Of a stretch of 61,132 nt of DNA, positions 26,654-38,100 are shown piece by piece (within the stretch, counting starts at the first letter, position 1; each line of letters begins with the position of its first letter). The translations under genes were made by a program, and so were the position numbers. This DNA is from a virus (lineage: Duplodnaviria; Caudoviricetes): positions 1 to 61,132 of IMG/VR virus record IMGVR_UViG_3300014157_000001; one strand, written 5' to 3'. The notes beneath the pieces are model-generated. The model made no database searches and had not been told where the DNA came from. It worked only from the letters and a program-made list of their open reading frames with translations.

Positions 26654-27916
26654 TCAGACCTTCGGAATCTTGAGCGCCGCCCAGGTCTTGGGGCCGGGGA
26701 TACCGTCGGCATCCCCCTTGAGGTCGGCGCGCGACAGCTGGAACGCACGGACCGCGGCCTTGTCGGCATTGGTCCAGTTCGGGCCCGGCCCCTGCTTGTA
26801 ACTCGCGCCGAAACCGAGCGCGACGAGCCGCCTGCCGAGCGCGGTGATGACCGGGGAGTTGCGGCCGCCGTGGAAGAACGCGGCACCAGGGAACGGCTCG
26901 TACGTCACCTTCGCGGCAGGCTTCTTCGGGAGCGTGCCGAGCAGCTTCTTCAGCGTCGTCGCACCCGGAACGCCGTCGGCGTCCTGGCCGGCCGCCGTCC
27001 CCTTCAGGCCGAGCGATTTCTGGAACTCGGAGTAGTTCTTGGTGTCGGCGTCAGACCAGGTCGGGCCCGGCCCGTCCGTGTACGCCTTGCCGAACCCGGC
27101 CTTCACGAGGGCCTTGCCGACCGCGGTCACGTGCGTGCCCTTGGCGCCGTATCCGTAGGCGAGGCCGTTGATGGTGACCTGGTAGCGGGCCGTCGTCGAT
27201 GCCGTCGTGCCGCCGCCGGACGCCTTCGGGTAGGCGGGGCGGCCGTAGCCGGCGATGTCGTGGACGACGCGGACGCGGCGCGCGCACACGTTCGCCGTGT
27301 TGCCTTCGATCGTGTACACGTACTTGCCGTCGCCGGACACGCTGGTGACGACGCCGACATGGTCGATCGCGCCGATGCTCGAGGAGCCGTTCCAGTCGAA
27401 GAAGATGACGTCGCCGCGCCGGATCCCGGACTTGGCGATGCCGTTGGTCATCGCCGTCCACTGGCCCTTGGCCTGGAAGCGTGCAGCGTGGGCGACGGTG
27501 TAGGCGTAGTCGGTGCCGAAACAGGCCGCCTCGTAGTTGTCCGAGGTGTAGGCGGCCTCGGTGACCGTTGCGTCGCACCACGCGAAGTTCCCCGCGTAGG
27601 CATTGCCGTTGCGGCCGCGGTACCAGGCTTGGATCGCGTTCGGTTCCCCGGTGCCGAGCCAGTGCTCCATGCGCCGGATCATCGCCTCGACGCCGCCGGT
27701 GTTCTTGCCGAGCGTCCGCGGCCCGGCGCCGTCGCCTGGCTCCGCATCCTCAACGTCGTCGGCGGGCAGGCCGTAGACGCCGCCCTCGGGGTCGCCGAAC
27801 TCGGCGGCGAGCAGGGCCTCCTCGTCGGTGACGGTGGGCCCGTTCCCGGATGAGGTGAGCAGTTCGGCCTGCCGGTCCTGCGTGAGGTCCTCTTCGATGG
27901 GGCGGGTCTCGCCCAT
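26654..27916 (-). CDS. endolysin: CHAP domain plus two peptidoglycan-binding domains, acidic N-terminal extension
   Basis: FAWCDATV, IDHVGVV, TIEGNT; DADGVPGATT and DADGIPGPKTW. Confidence 0.9.
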   Translation of the reverse strand: MGETRPIEEDLTQDRQAELLTSSGNGPTVTDEEALLAAEFGDPEGGVYGLPADDVEDAEPGDGAGPRTLGKNTGGVEAMIRRMEHWLGTGEPNAIQAWYRGRNGNAYAGNFAWCDATVTEAAYTSDNYEAACFGTDYAYTVAHAARFQAKGQWTAMTNGIAKSGIRRGDVIFFDWNGSSSIGAIDHVGVVTSVSGDGKYVYTIEGNTANVCARRVRVVHDIAGYGRPAYPKASGGGTTASTTARYQVTINGLAYGYGAKGTHVTAVGKALVKAGFGKAYTDGPGPTWSDADTKNYSEFQKSLGLKGTAAGQDADGVPGATTLKKLLGTLPKKPAAKVTYEPFPGAAFFHGGRNSPVITALGRRLVALGFGASYKQGPGPNWTNADKAAVRAFQLSRADLKGDADGIPGPKTWAALKIPKV

Positions 27917-27943
27917 GGTGGGTCTCCTTGGGGTGGGGCGGGG

Positions 27944-28768
27944 TCAGGTAGTGGGCGCGAGGCGCGGGGCCACGACGTCGATCTGGTCGCGGAGCGCCTG
28001 GTAGACGGCGAGGGACATGCGGAAGTGGCCGGTGTCGCCCCAGGAGGCGCCCCAGCTCTGGGTCACGCGGAGGATCGTGTGGGCGGGGATGAGGCGGCCC
28101 GCGGTCTCGTCGACGGCCACGCTCTCGAGCGCCGTGACGCACACCTCGTGGCCGCCCGCGATGGGCGCCTGCCGCCAGTTGGGGATGTCGTCCAGGAGCG
28201 CCATGGGGCCGACCGGGTCCGAGAAACTCTCCAGCCAGGGCATGCCCATGAGGACGGGCCCGTCCTGGAGGAGGAGGCAGAGTTCCTCGGCGCTGGTGGC
28301 GGGCTTGTAGGAGTCGATGAGTCCGCGCGCCCTCAGTGCTTTGGCGACGCCGAGGCCGGAGGAGCCGCAGTCGTCCGAGGGCCACGTGTACTCGTGCCAT
28401 TCGTCGCGGGTGGTGGCGTCGGCGTACAGGCGGATCGCGAAGGCTTCGGCCTCGGCCGGGTGCGTGAGGTCGAGGCCCGCCTTGCGGCACTCCTTCGCCG
28501 GCAGGAGCACGGACAGGGCGGCGGTGGCGGCGTTGGCCGTGCAGGAACCGAGGGCGTCCACGTCGTCGACGCCGGGGAAGAGGCGGGACGTGCGGATGCC
28601 CTGGGAGATGAGGTCCTGCTGGTTGAGGACCGGGATCTTCGGTGCCCATTCGCGGGCGCGGAGCGTCTGCCCGGTGTACGGGGTGCGGTGAGCGAGGCTC
28701 CGCGGGTCCAGCACCATGTGACGCCCGAGCGCAGGCTGGACGTCGTACTGGCGGACGTTGATGGGCAC
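27944..28768 (-). CDS. papain-like (C1) cysteine peptidase
   Basis: LGSCTANA, GGHEVCV, QSWGASWGDTGHF. Confidence 0.85.
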   Translation of the reverse strand: MPINVRQYDVQPALGRHMVLDPRSLAHRTPYTGQTLRAREWAPKIPVLNQQDLISQGIRTSRLFPGVDDVDALGSCTANAATAALSVLLPAKECRKAGLDLTHPAEAEAFAIRLYADATTRDEWHEYTWPSDDCGSSGLGVAKALRARGLIDSYKPATSAEELCLLLQDGPVLMGMPWLESFSDPVGPMALLDDIPNWRQAPIAGGHEVCVTALESVAVDETAGRLIPAHTILRVTQSWGASWGDTGHFRMSLAVYQALRDQIDVVAPRLAPTT

Positions 28769-28919
28769 TCGCCCGTGCTCCCTGACTCCCCGCGCCCAAG
28801 AGCTGATGTGTCTGTGGCGGACCGCTGCGTGCGGTCGTCCCTCGGGGGATAGAGCAGCGGGCGGAGGGTCGCCCAGAGATCAGCGTACGGGCCCCACGCC
28901 CGCGTGTTGCCCCCGCTCG

Positions 28920-29279
28920 TCACTCCTCAATGGGCTGCGGGTCCAGCTTCGTCGCCGTGAGGATCGGCGAGTACGTCCTGCACGTGGAGTCGAACACGCG
29001 CAGGTAGATGGCGGCGCCATTGTTGGAGTAGAAGCGGGGCGCCGATCTGATTTGATTCTGGTTGGGGCAGCCTGCGGTGAGGCACGCGTAGGTGATCGCA
29101 TACCAGGTCTGCGGCTCCCACGCGATTGTGTCCGGGGGCGGCGGGGCGTCGGGGACCGGGTCCGGCTCGGGCGGCGGCGCCTCCTCCGGGGTCGGGGACG
29201 GAGGCGGAACATCGCCGCCGATTCCGCCGGGAAGCGTTCCGTCGTCGACGGATGTGGACGTGTCGGGGATGTCACTCAT
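28920..29279 (-). CDS. small tail-associated protein
   Basis: ATGA coupling; Pro-rich N-term, CLTAGC...C C-domain. Confidence 0.65.
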   Translation of the reverse strand: MSDIPDTSTSVDDGTLPGGIGGDVPPPSPTPEEAPPPEPDPVPDAPPPPDTIAWEPQTWYAITYACLTAGCPNQNQIRSAPRFYSNNGAAIYLRVFDSTCRTYSPILTATKLDPQPIEE

Positions 29280-32230
29280 GAGCTGATGACCTGCCAATTC
29301 ACGATCGTGCTGGTGGTGTTCTGCCTGTTGACCCAGACGAGGGCGCTGGTGGCGGTGACGTCGGAGATACCGACGCCGGTCACACCAGCGTTGCCGGTCG
29401 GGGTGCGGTCGCCGGGCACGGTGGTCTGCGCGGACACGAACCCGCGGAAGGTGGTGCCGGGCAGGGCGGAGAAGTTGATGATGGCGCTGGTCGGGACGCC
29501 CGCCGCGCTCGGGGTGATCGACACGGTGCCCGTCACCATGTTCCCCGCGGTCAGGGTGCCCGCGATTGCCGTGTTGCCGTCCTTGTCGACCTTGAACTTT
29601 TCGGTGCCGCCGCGCACCAGGCGGGCCAGCGGCCCGGTGTGGGCCGTTGCGGCTTCCCCGTACAGGACGCTGAACGCGGATGCCGGGGCGATTGCCTGGA
29701 AGCGTGCCTGGTCGGCGGTGGCGACCCCGGACTCGAGGTTGAGCGCGCTCTGGGTGGTGGGGGCATCGGTGTTGGAGTAGGCGAGCTGCGCGTACGTGGG
29801 CGTCGCCCAGAAGGCGCCGCCGATCTTTGTTCCCGGGGCGCTGCCGCGCAGACGGCCGAGGTTGATGGCGTCGTTCGCGAGGTACAGGCGCCACCGCATG
29901 TCCGAGTAGCCGCTGCCCGAGAACTGGCCTGAGGTGAGTTCGAGGTTGGCGTCTCCGACTGCGGATTCGATGATCTGCGCGTATGCCCAGTTGGTTTGTG
30001 CGGCGTTGGACCAGCGCACGTTCGGGACGGTCGCGTCCGGGTCGACGAATATGAGGGAGCCGTTGTCGCCCTGGACGCGCAGGCCTCGCCAGGACAACTC
30101 GCCGACTGGGGTCCCGGCACTGTCGTAGACGAGGACCATGTTCTGGTTGGCCTCGTTGATCGTGACACGCTGCCCGGTTGCGGCGGTTCGTACGACGGCG
30201 CCGGTGATGGTCTTGCCGTCGATGGCGGTCGCCGACAGCGCGGTCGCCGTGATCGATCCGGCGAGAATCTTGTCGGCGGTGATCGCGTTCGCCGCGATCT
30301 TGTCTGCGGTGACGGCGAGGGCGTCCAATTTCGCGGTGGTCACCGCCGCCGAGGCGATCTTGTCGGCCAGGACCGAACCCGCGGCGATCTGAGTCGCCTG
30401 CACCGCCCCCGCAACCAGCTTGGGTGTGGTGATCGCGCCGTCGGCAATGTTCACGGTCTGCACCGAGCCCGTCTCCACCACCTCCACCGTCACCATGTCG
30501 AGCTCGGCCGTACCTGTACCGCCCGAATAGTTGGCGTAGAAAACCGGGGAGATGTAGCGGGCGTTGGCGTGCAGCACACCCGGCGCGGTCGGCGACGGTG
30601 CCGCCGTCCCCGACCCGTTCCCACCGGAAGCCGCATAGCCCTTCAGGTAGCCGGTGAACCGCTGGAACCCGGCGCCCGCCGTCAACGGCTGCTGTGCGGC
30701 CGCCACATAGTGCTGGGCGCTCGCCGCCGCGGCCCCGGTGAAGTTGACGAGGGTCGTGCCGTCCGCCGCGACGCCTGCAACGCCCCCGTAGAACCTTTGC
30801 TGTGCGGTGTCGCTGCCCGCCACCGCCTGCCGCACCGTGAAGCTGATCCGGTACAGCACGTTCGGGTCGAAGGGGATCAGGATGTCGGGGCGCCATACCG
30901 CGCTGACGCCGCCGACTGCCCGCATCACATAGCCGCCGGACTGGGCGTCGGTGACGGCCACCGACGTCAGGCCGGGCACGGCGGCGGTCGTGGTGGTACT
31001 CGACCCTCCCGCACGCCACTTGGCGGCTTCGCCTCCGGCGTCGTACATCTTCTGCAGGATGGACGAGGCGGTCGTCACGGTCAGCTTGTCCGTGGAGATG
31101 GAACCGGCTGCGATGGCTGTCGCGGTGACGGACCCGGCCGCCAACTCGGCTGCGGTCACCGAGTTCACCGCGAGTTCCCGCGCGGTGATCGCATCGGCGG
31201 CGATCTTCCCGGCGGCGACCGCGTCCGCTGCCAGCGCGGCGGTCTGGACGGATCCGGCGGCGATCGCGGCGGCGGTCACCGATGAGGCGGCGAGTTTCCC
31301 CGACGTGATGGTGTTCGCGGCGATCTCGTTCGCGGTGACCGCCCCGGCGGCCATCTTCCCGGTCGTGACCGCCCCGGCGGAGAGCTGGCCGGTGGTGACG
31401 GCACCGTTGGCGAGCGCGGTCGTGGTGATGGCCTGCGCGCCGACCTTCGCCGCGTTCACGGCGCCGTCCGCGAGGGCGGTCGTGTCGACGGCGCCGGCCG
31501 CGATTTTGGCCTGGGTGACGGCGTCGGCGGCAAGGGCCAGGTCGGTGACGGCCCCGGCGGCGATCTTCCCGACCTTGACGGCGTTGTCGGCGAGCTTCTC
31601 GGCGAGGATGGCGGCGTCGGCGATCGCAGTTGTGTTGACGGCCCCGGCCGCGATCTTCGCCTCGGTGACCGCACCCGTAGCGAGTTTCACGTCGGTGACG
31701 ATGCCGTCGAGGATGTCGTTGGCGACGACGGGCGCCTTGCTGACGGGGCCGACGGCCGCGGAGGGGATGGAGGCGGTGCCGGAGGTGTTGCGGGCCACCA
31801 GGCGCACGTACACGGGATCGTCGGTGGGGACGACGACGGTGGCGCCCTGTGCGGTCTCGATGGTGGAGCGCAGCGTCTCGGGGATCGGCTCGAAGACGGC
31901 GGCGACGGAGGCGTGGACTTCGATGCGCGCCCAGTCCATCGGCAGGATGGCACCGTTGGCGAACAGTCCGTCCCAGCCCGCGGAGACGCCCCCCAGGACG
32001 GAGGCGACGACGGGTGCGGACGGCTGCGGCGGGGGCGGCCCGTTGACGGCCTGGACGCCGACCGTGCCGTCCCCTTGTACGCCGACGATGGTGCGCAGGC
32101 TGCCGTTGCCGTCGTTGACCTCGAGCGCCGCGTTCTCGATGCTGGCGCCGTGGGACAGCCGCTGCCCCTTCTTCACCTGCTGGAGCTGCTTCTCCAGGGA
32201 AGCAATCTTGTACGGAAGCGAGTTGGTCAT
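29276..32230 (-). CDS. central tail fibre / host-specificity minor tail protein
   Basis: FN3-like N-part, many 10-aa AVTxAKIAAG repeats, carbohydrate-binding-like insert. Confidence 0.85.
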   Translation of the reverse strand: MTNSLPYKIASLEKQLQQVKKGQRLSHGASIENAALEVNDGNGSLRTIVGVQGDGTVGVQAVNGPPPPQPSAPVVASVLGGVSAGWDGLFANGAILPMDWARIEVHASVAAVFEPIPETLRSTIETAQGATVVVPTDDPVYVRLVARNTSGTASIPSAAVGPVSKAPVVANDILDGIVTDVKLATGAVTEAKIAAGAVNTTAIADAAILAEKLADNAVKVGKIAAGAVTDLALAADAVTQAKIAAGAVDTTALADGAVNAAKVGAQAITTTALANGAVTTGQLSAGAVTTGKMAAGAVTANEIAANTITSGKLAASSVTAAAIAAGSVQTAALAADAVAAGKIAADAITARELAVNSVTAAELAAGSVTATAIAAGSISTDKLTVTTASSILQKMYDAGGEAAKWRAGGSSTTTTAAVPGLTSVAVTDAQSGGYVMRAVGGVSAVWRPDILIPFDPNVLYRISFTVRQAVAGSDTAQQRFYGGVAGVAADGTTLVNFTGAAAASAQHYVAAAQQPLTAGAGFQRFTGYLKGYAASGGNGSGTAAPSPTAPGVLHANARYISPVFYANYSGGTGTAELDMVTVEVVETGSVQTVNIADGAITTPKLVAGAVQATQIAAGSVLADKIASAAVTTAKLDALAVTADKIAANAITADKILAGSITATALSATAIDGKTITGAVVRTAATGQRVTINEANQNMVLVYDSAGTPVGELSWRGLRVQGDNGSLIFVDPDATVPNVRWSNAAQTNWAYAQIIESAVGDANLELTSGQFSGSGYSDMRWRLYLANDAINLGRLRGSAPGTKIGGAFWATPTYAQLAYSNTDAPTTQSALNLESGVATADQARFQAIAPASAFSVLYGEAATAHTGPLARLVRGGTEKFKVDKDGNTAIAGTLTAGNMVTGTVSITPSAAGVPTSAIINFSALPGTTFRGFVSAQTTVPGDRTPTGNAGVTGVGISDVTATSALVWVNRQNTTSTIVNWQVISS

Positions 32231-32232
32231 GG

Positions 32233-33333
32233 TCAGGCCACCTCCGCGGAGCCGTAATGGAAGCTGTCGGCGCGCTTCAACGTGAGCGTCGCCTGGTCGG
32301 GGCTGTCGGACGGCTTGTAGGAGTCGGCGGTGATCCGGCACCAGCCCGACCAGGACACCCACTGGTTGTTGACGGTGACGCGGACGTCATCGCCGATCTG
32401 CCAGCTTGCGAGCGGCGCCGCGGGATGGTCGCGGATGGTGATCTGCTCGACCTGCCCCATGATCTGGCGGCGCTTGCGTTCGGCGGCAGCGCGCCGGCCG
32501 AGGGTGTCCGTGCCGTTCACGGTGGGCAGGGCGAGGACGGATTCGAGGCGCAGGCGGCCGTCGCGGGTGGGGTCGACGGCGAAACGGGTGGCGGTGCCCT
32601 CCCCCGACCCGGTGGCCAGGATGACGTTGGCGTAGTCGTCGCCGGAGTACTTCACCGGCGGCGCGTCCACGATGTTGATCCCCGACGTGAAGGAGATGTC
32701 CGTACGGCGGGTGCCGAGGCGCGGGTAGCCGAGCCGGAGGCGGCGTTCGATCGTCTTGTTGGCCTGGTAGGAGCAGGTGTTGGTGTACTGCGGGGCGCCG
32801 TCCTCGGACACGAGGTCGTCCAGCATGTCGCCGAGGACCGGCGTCTCGTACCAGTACGAGTGGACCGGTTCCGCCGGTGTGCCGGCGGTGGCATTGGAGT
32901 TGGTGTCGTCGACGATCACGGTGAGGTCGCCGTCGGCCTTGGACTGCGCGTACGCCCAGATGTCGCGGATGATGACGCACGGGTCCTGGTAGACGTAGGG
33001 GCCGCGGCCGCCGAGCTCGCCGTCCTCGTCGTGGCGCTTGGTCAGGTAGGACGACCAGCCGGCGGCCTCGAGCTGGTATTCGCCGTCTTCGGGGGTGGCG
33101 TCCCAGATGAGGCCGCCCCAGCGCAGGAGCCCGTCGGCTTCGGCGTAGATGAGTGCGGTGCCCGGCATCAGGCTGCTGATGGTGGCTTTCGCCCAGCGGG
33201 GTGCGATCTTCGCGGAGAAGCTGCCGGGCCCGTTGAGTTCGTTGCCGAACTCGACGTCCGTCAGGGGCAGCGCCGCATGGAGGATGTCGCCGGTCAGGGC
33301 GTGCTGGGTGAAGTACCGCCACCGGGAGCCCAT
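32233..33333 (-). CDS. minor tail (baseplate hub-like) protein
   Basis: LNGPGSFS, LRWGGLIW, LRLGYPRLG, WQIGDDVRV; synteny. Confidence 0.8.
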   Translation of the reverse strand: MGSRWRYFTQHALTGDILHAALPLTDVEFGNELNGPGSFSAKIAPRWAKATISSLMPGTALIYAEADGLLRWGGLIWDATPEDGEYQLEAAGWSSYLTKRHDEDGELGGRGPYVYQDPCVIIRDIWAYAQSKADGDLTVIVDDTNSNATAGTPAEPVHSYWYETPVLGDMLDDLVSEDGAPQYTNTCSYQANKTIERRLRLGYPRLGTRRTDISFTSGINIVDAPPVKYSGDDYANVILATGSGEGTATRFAVDPTRDGRLRLESVLALPTVNGTDTLGRRAAAERKRRQIMGQVEQITIRDHPAAPLASWQIGDDVRVTVNNQWVSWSGWCRITADSYKPSDSPDQATLTLKRADSFHYGSAEVA

Positions 33334-34281
33334 TTAGAGGGCGCCTTCGGTGAACTCGATGTCGATGTTGAATGTGGTGGTGGCGTCGACGCCGATTTGT
33401 GCGGCGTTGGAGGCGCGGGTCCGCATGCGGGACTTGAAGGCCTGCGTGGTGCCGCGCATCGCCGCGCCGGTGGTGGTGGTCAGGTCGATCGTCTCGACCA
33501 TCTGCACCGTATTGCGGCGGGCCGCCGTGCCCTGGTTGTCGTCGATACCGACCCACTGCGCGGCCTCGTAAGAACCCAGCAGGAACCGGAAGTTGCCCCA
33601 CGCGTTGCCGGTCGCGAGCCTAAGCCCGGAGATCGTGAACACGACCTTCGCGGACGCCGCCCAGGAGGGGACGGGAATGTTCGCCATGGTCAGGTTGGGG
33701 AACGTCTTCCACGTCTCGTCCGTGCCGGAGATGTACACGTACGGGTCCTGCGCGTAGTACGGGTACAGGGTGCGTTCGCGGCGCGGGTTGGCGACCTTCC
33801 GCAAATCCTTGATCATGCTGTTGGTGATGGTGGCCGTGGACGCCGGAATGTCGATGCGGGCCAGCGGGATCGCCGAATACCCGGACGGCACGGTCGTCGC
33901 CGTATTCGACACGTTGGGCACGACGTAGAAGAACGCGGCCGTGTCCGGTGTCCTGTTGCCCTCGTACTCAGGGTCCTGGACGCGCAGGCACACCATGTCG
34001 GAGCGGCCCGTACCGCTGGTCGCGGGGATCTGCACCGACGTGTCGACGCCGATGTTGTACACGTTGTAGGCGCCCTGCCCGGCCTGGTAGACGCCGTTGA
34101 TGACCGCGGAGCCGTCCGCGATCTGCACGCCGCCGCCCGGCGTGGACAGCGCCGACACCTTCAGGTCGGGGCCCTCGGTGATGCCCTGGTTGCCCTGCGC
34201 CAGGTCCCGGATCATCTGCCGGAACTGCTGCGCGGTGTGGGTGCCGCCGGTGACGACGAACGGGGTGGTCTTCAGTGCCAT
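33334..34281 (-). CDS. minor tail protein
   Basis: DLKVSA...GRSDMVCLRVQDPEY, IPLARIDIPAS...IKDLRKVA. Confidence 0.8.
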   Translation of the reverse strand: MALKTTPFVVTGGTHTAQQFRQMIRDLAQGNQGITEGPDLKVSALSTPGGGVQIADGSAVINGVYQAGQGAYNVYNIGVDTSVQIPATSGTGRSDMVCLRVQDPEYEGNRTPDTAAFFYVVPNVSNTATTVPSGYSAIPLARIDIPASTATITNSMIKDLRKVANPRRERTLYPYYAQDPYVYISGTDETWKTFPNLTMANIPVPSWAASAKVVFTISGLRLATGNAWGNFRFLLGSYEAAQWVGIDDNQGTAARRNTVQMVETIDLTTTTGAAMRGTTQAFKSRMRTRASNAAQIGVDATTTFNIDIEFTEGAL

Positions 34282-34294
34282 GGCGTGGGGCCTC

Positions 34295-35182
34295 CTAGAG
34301 CGCCTTGTAGGCGGGCCACCAGGTGACGGCCAGCGTGGACGTGAGGGTCTGGTCGGTCGCCGACCAGCGGATTTCGTTGTTGCCCGGCGGCAGGACGAAC
34401 TGATCGAGACGCCCGGACAGCGGGACGGAGCCGCCGTTCTCGCGGAGCACCGTCCGCCAGCCCGGCCGGGTGTCGATCTCCACCCACTCCCCCGCCGCGA
34501 GCGTCGCCGTGACGGTCAGCGAACGTCCGCTGGTGACATGCGTGATCGTCGGGTTGGCGCACGGCCCCGCCACCCGGATCACCGGCCACGTCGGCGCTGT
34601 GCCCGACACGGTGAGATAGCCGGGCCGCCCGATCGCGGACGCGTCACCGGCGATCAGGAACGGCATCTGCAGCGGGAACGTGACCCCGCCCTGCGTGAGG
34701 CTCCCGAGCGGCATCGACGTCGAGTCCGGCGTGTCGTCGTAGTACAGGTGGTCCTGGGCCTGGAACTCGATGTCCAGCGGGGAGAAACCGTGCTTCATCG
34801 TCTCGAGGTCGGGCTCGAACTTCCGCAGCCGGCCACGCACCACCCGGGCCGGGCGGCCGGGGAACTTGAGCCGCAGGTCCATGGTGGTGCCGCCCTGGCC
34901 GCGCACCGCGGGAGTGTCGGCCCGGTCCTGCAGGGCCGCCGACGCATCGAGTACGGCGGCCGCCGAACTGACCTTGATGGCGGCGTCGATGCGGATGGTG
35001 CGCCCGGAGTAGTACTCGGCGCCGAGCCACAGGCCGTCCTCGCCGGGCGGCTCCACGTCACTGTCCCGGGACTCGGGCTTGCCGAGCCCCTCGATGGCGC
35101 GGATCTGCACGCCGGTGCCGGCGCCGATGAGGACGCCGCCCAGCTCGTGCTGGTAGTCGGCCAGGTTGATGGGTGTACTCAT
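34295..35182 (-). CDS. distal tail (Dit) protein
   Basis: follows tape measure; GTAPTWPVIRVAGPCANP, LPPGNNEIRW. Confidence 0.85.
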   Translation of the reverse strand: MSTPINLADYQHELGGVLIGAGTGVQIRAIEGLGKPESRDSDVEPPGEDGLWLGAEYYSGRTIRIDAAIKVSSAAAVLDASAALQDRADTPAVRGQGGTTMDLRLKFPGRPARVVRGRLRKFEPDLETMKHGFSPLDIEFQAQDHLYYDDTPDSTSMPLGSLTQGGVTFPLQMPFLIAGDASAIGRPGYLTVSGTAPTWPVIRVAGPCANPTITHVTSGRSLTVTATLAAGEWVEIDTRPGWRTVLRENGGSVPLSGRLDQFVLPPGNNEIRWSATDQTLTSTLAVTWWPAYKAL

Positions 35183-38100
35183 CCGCGTGCTCCCACTCCC
35201 CCGCGCGCCAGGCGCCTGAGTTGGTAGGCGTTGTCGGCGTCGATACGGCGGGCGGTCGCGGCCGCGTTGTCGCCGGACGTGACGTGCCAGGTCTGGTTGC
35301 CGACGAGCGGGCCCTGCTCGCGGATGATGACGACCCGGCCCGAGTTGGCGTCGGTGAGCCCGAGGCCGAAGCGTCCGGCGACATCGCCCAACACGGCGGT
35401 CGCGCTGCCGCGTTTGTTGGCTCCGAGCGGGATGTAGGCCTCGCCCCCAGTGCTCGGTTCCGCAAAGGTCACCGCCCCGGCCTTGGTGGCGTAGATCCCG
35501 GAGCGGATGCCGCCGTTGGCGTAGGAGAGGTGCTGGTTGGCGCGGGCCAGGTCGGCAAGGAACTGCGTGGAGCGGTCCCCCAGGCTGGACTTGATCTGGG
35601 AGGACGCCTTGGTGGCGATGGTGATGATGTCGTCCTCGCCCAGCCCGGTCGACGCGGCGACCGTGTGGATGCCCGTCTGGGACGTTTTGATCGCCGCAAT
35701 GATCTGCACCAGGTCGGCGAGCTCGTCCGAGCTGAGCGTCTTCGCCTGGGTGGCCGCAGCCGTGTTCGCGGAGGAGGCGGCCGACTTCGACTTCACGGCC
35801 TCCGCGGCGAGCTGCTGCGCGGCCGCGTCGTTCTGCCCGGCGAGCTGGGAGGCGAGCGCCCCGTACCCCTGCCCCGCCAAGGTGATCAGGTTCTTCTGGA
35901 AGGTGGCGTCAGTCTTGTTCGCGGCGTTGAGCTGCGTCGTGTAGTCCTTCAGCGTCGCGTTCGCGACACCGGCGACCTTCTTCAGGTTGGCGACGATCTC
36001 CGTGAAGTGCGCGTTGGAGGCGGTCGCGAGCCGGTTGACGAGGTTGTAGCCGTCCTCGCCCATCGACTCCAGCAGGTCGGCGACGTCCTGCCCGCCACGG
36101 GATGCGATCTTCGACAGGCTGGAGCGCCACTTCTGTGTCGCCGCGACGCTTGAGCGCAACTGCTTCATGTAGTTGGTCAGGTCGAAATGCGCGGGCGCCT
36201 TCGCGTACTTCGACTGCCCCAGGGACGCGTTGATCTCCGCGATGTCGGCCTTCTCCTTGGCGACCTTCCTGCGCGCGGACGCCTTCGCCTTCGACGACTT
36301 GGCCTTACCCAGTTCCTTGACGGCGTCGTCGTACTGCTTCCACGCATCCCTGAGGGAGGAGACCAGCTTGTCGACGCGCTCCTTGGCGTCCCCGAGCCCG
36401 CCCAATGTCTGGCCGCTGGGCTTGTAGGTGAACCCGCCGGACGCGAACGACTGCACGCCCGGCTGCTGGTCGAGGACGGAGCCGTCGGCGTTCCAGGCGA
36501 TGCCCTTGCCGCCGAGACGGCGCACGGCCTCCTCGGCTACCTTCCGGGAGCGGCGCCGCTTGGCCGGGGACAGCGGAATGTAGGCCTCGCCACCGGTCTC
36601 CGGCTCCGCCCACACCCGCCACGTTCCGGCGGGAGCGAACTGGGCGACATGGTTCTCGGCGCCGCCTGCGAAGCGGCGGACTCCGCCGCGCTGGATGCCT
36701 CCGTTCGCGTAGTAGTCGACGGTGCCGCCGTCCGCCTTGCCGAGCCCACCCGCCCAGGGGCCGGGGCCCTTCTTGCCCATGTTCACGTACTGGGTGCGGA
36801 TGAAATGGTTGGTGTAGGTGCTGGCGGTCTTGCCGTCCAGGGCGGCGAGCGCGGCCCGAACCGAGGCGATCGCCCCGAGCGCCTGCCCGTTCGCGGTGTA
36901 GACCCGTGTACGCCCGTCGGGGAGCTGCTTGGTCTTGACGCCGACCGCGTTCAGTGCGGCGATGGCCGTCGCGTTCAGCGTCTTCACCGTGATCGACTTG
37001 GCGCCCGGTGTCGCCCTGATCTTCGCTTGGACGGAGGTCAGGCCGTCCATGGCGCCATTCACGTTCGCGCCCAGCTTGAGCGTCTTGTCCTTCAGCCCGT
37101 CCCGGACCATCTTCAGGTCGCCCAGGTTGGATTTTGCGGTGCCGGTGTCCGCGGTCACCTGGAAGCGGCCGTCGGGGAGTTCCTTGACCGTGTAGCCCAG
37201 CGACTCGATGACCGACACCGCGTCGCCGGTGAGCGCGTCGACCGTCACCGACTTCTTGTCGGGTGTCTTCTTGATCTGCTCGATGACGCTGTTGAGGCCC
37301 GAGATGGCGTCCTCGGTGCGCATCTCCAGCGAGAAGGCCTTCTTGTCGGGGATCTGCAGGATGCGGTCGGCGAGCACGTTGGCTTGCTCGGCGGTCAGGC
37401 CCATCTGTTGCGCGGACGACACCAGCTGGGCGCGGCCGCGTTCGTAGATGCCGTTGACGGTTTCCCAGCTCGAACCGGACTGGCGGGCGGAGGCGGCGGC
37501 CTCGTCGGTCTTGGCCGCCAGGTCGTTCAGTGCGGTCGCCGCGGCCTGGGCTTTCGCGCTGTTCAGGTTGAGTTCGCCGTGCGACATCGACAGCGCGCCC
37601 GCGTTCTCCTTCGCGGCCTTCGACGCCGCGTCGATCGCCGCCTCGAAGCCGATCATCCCGCCGAGGCCAGTGCGCTGCGCGTCGTTGAGGGCCTGGATGG
37701 ACTGCCGCAGTCCGTCCGCGCTCGCCTTCTGCGCGGCGAGCTTGTTGCTGGTGTCAATCGCCTGCTGCCCGAACACACCCATGCCGCGCGCGGCGATCTC
37801 CTGCTCGACCTTCAGGTCGGCGACCGCCTTCTTGTAGTCGTCGAAGGTCGCCGCGATCTCCTTGGGAGATGCCCCGCCCTTGCGCAGCGCGTCCTTGACG
37901 AGGTCGAATCCGGCCGCCGCGTCCTTCGCGTTGCCGGACGCCGCCATCTTGGCGAGCGCCTTGTCGACGGAGTCGAACTCGCTCCTGAGTGCCTTGAGGG
38001 AGTCCTTGCCCTTGACGATGTCTTCGACGTCACCAGCGAGCCAGTCCGCGATGTTGTCCAGGCCGGGGATCCGGAAGCCGAACGCGCCCTCTTGTGCCTT

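Noticed and set aside
31080-31700. Repeats in the tail fibre as a diversity-generating or shufflon system
   Set aside because: Degenerate 10-aa structural repeats; no reverse transcriptase, TR/VR pair or adjacent invertase sites seen
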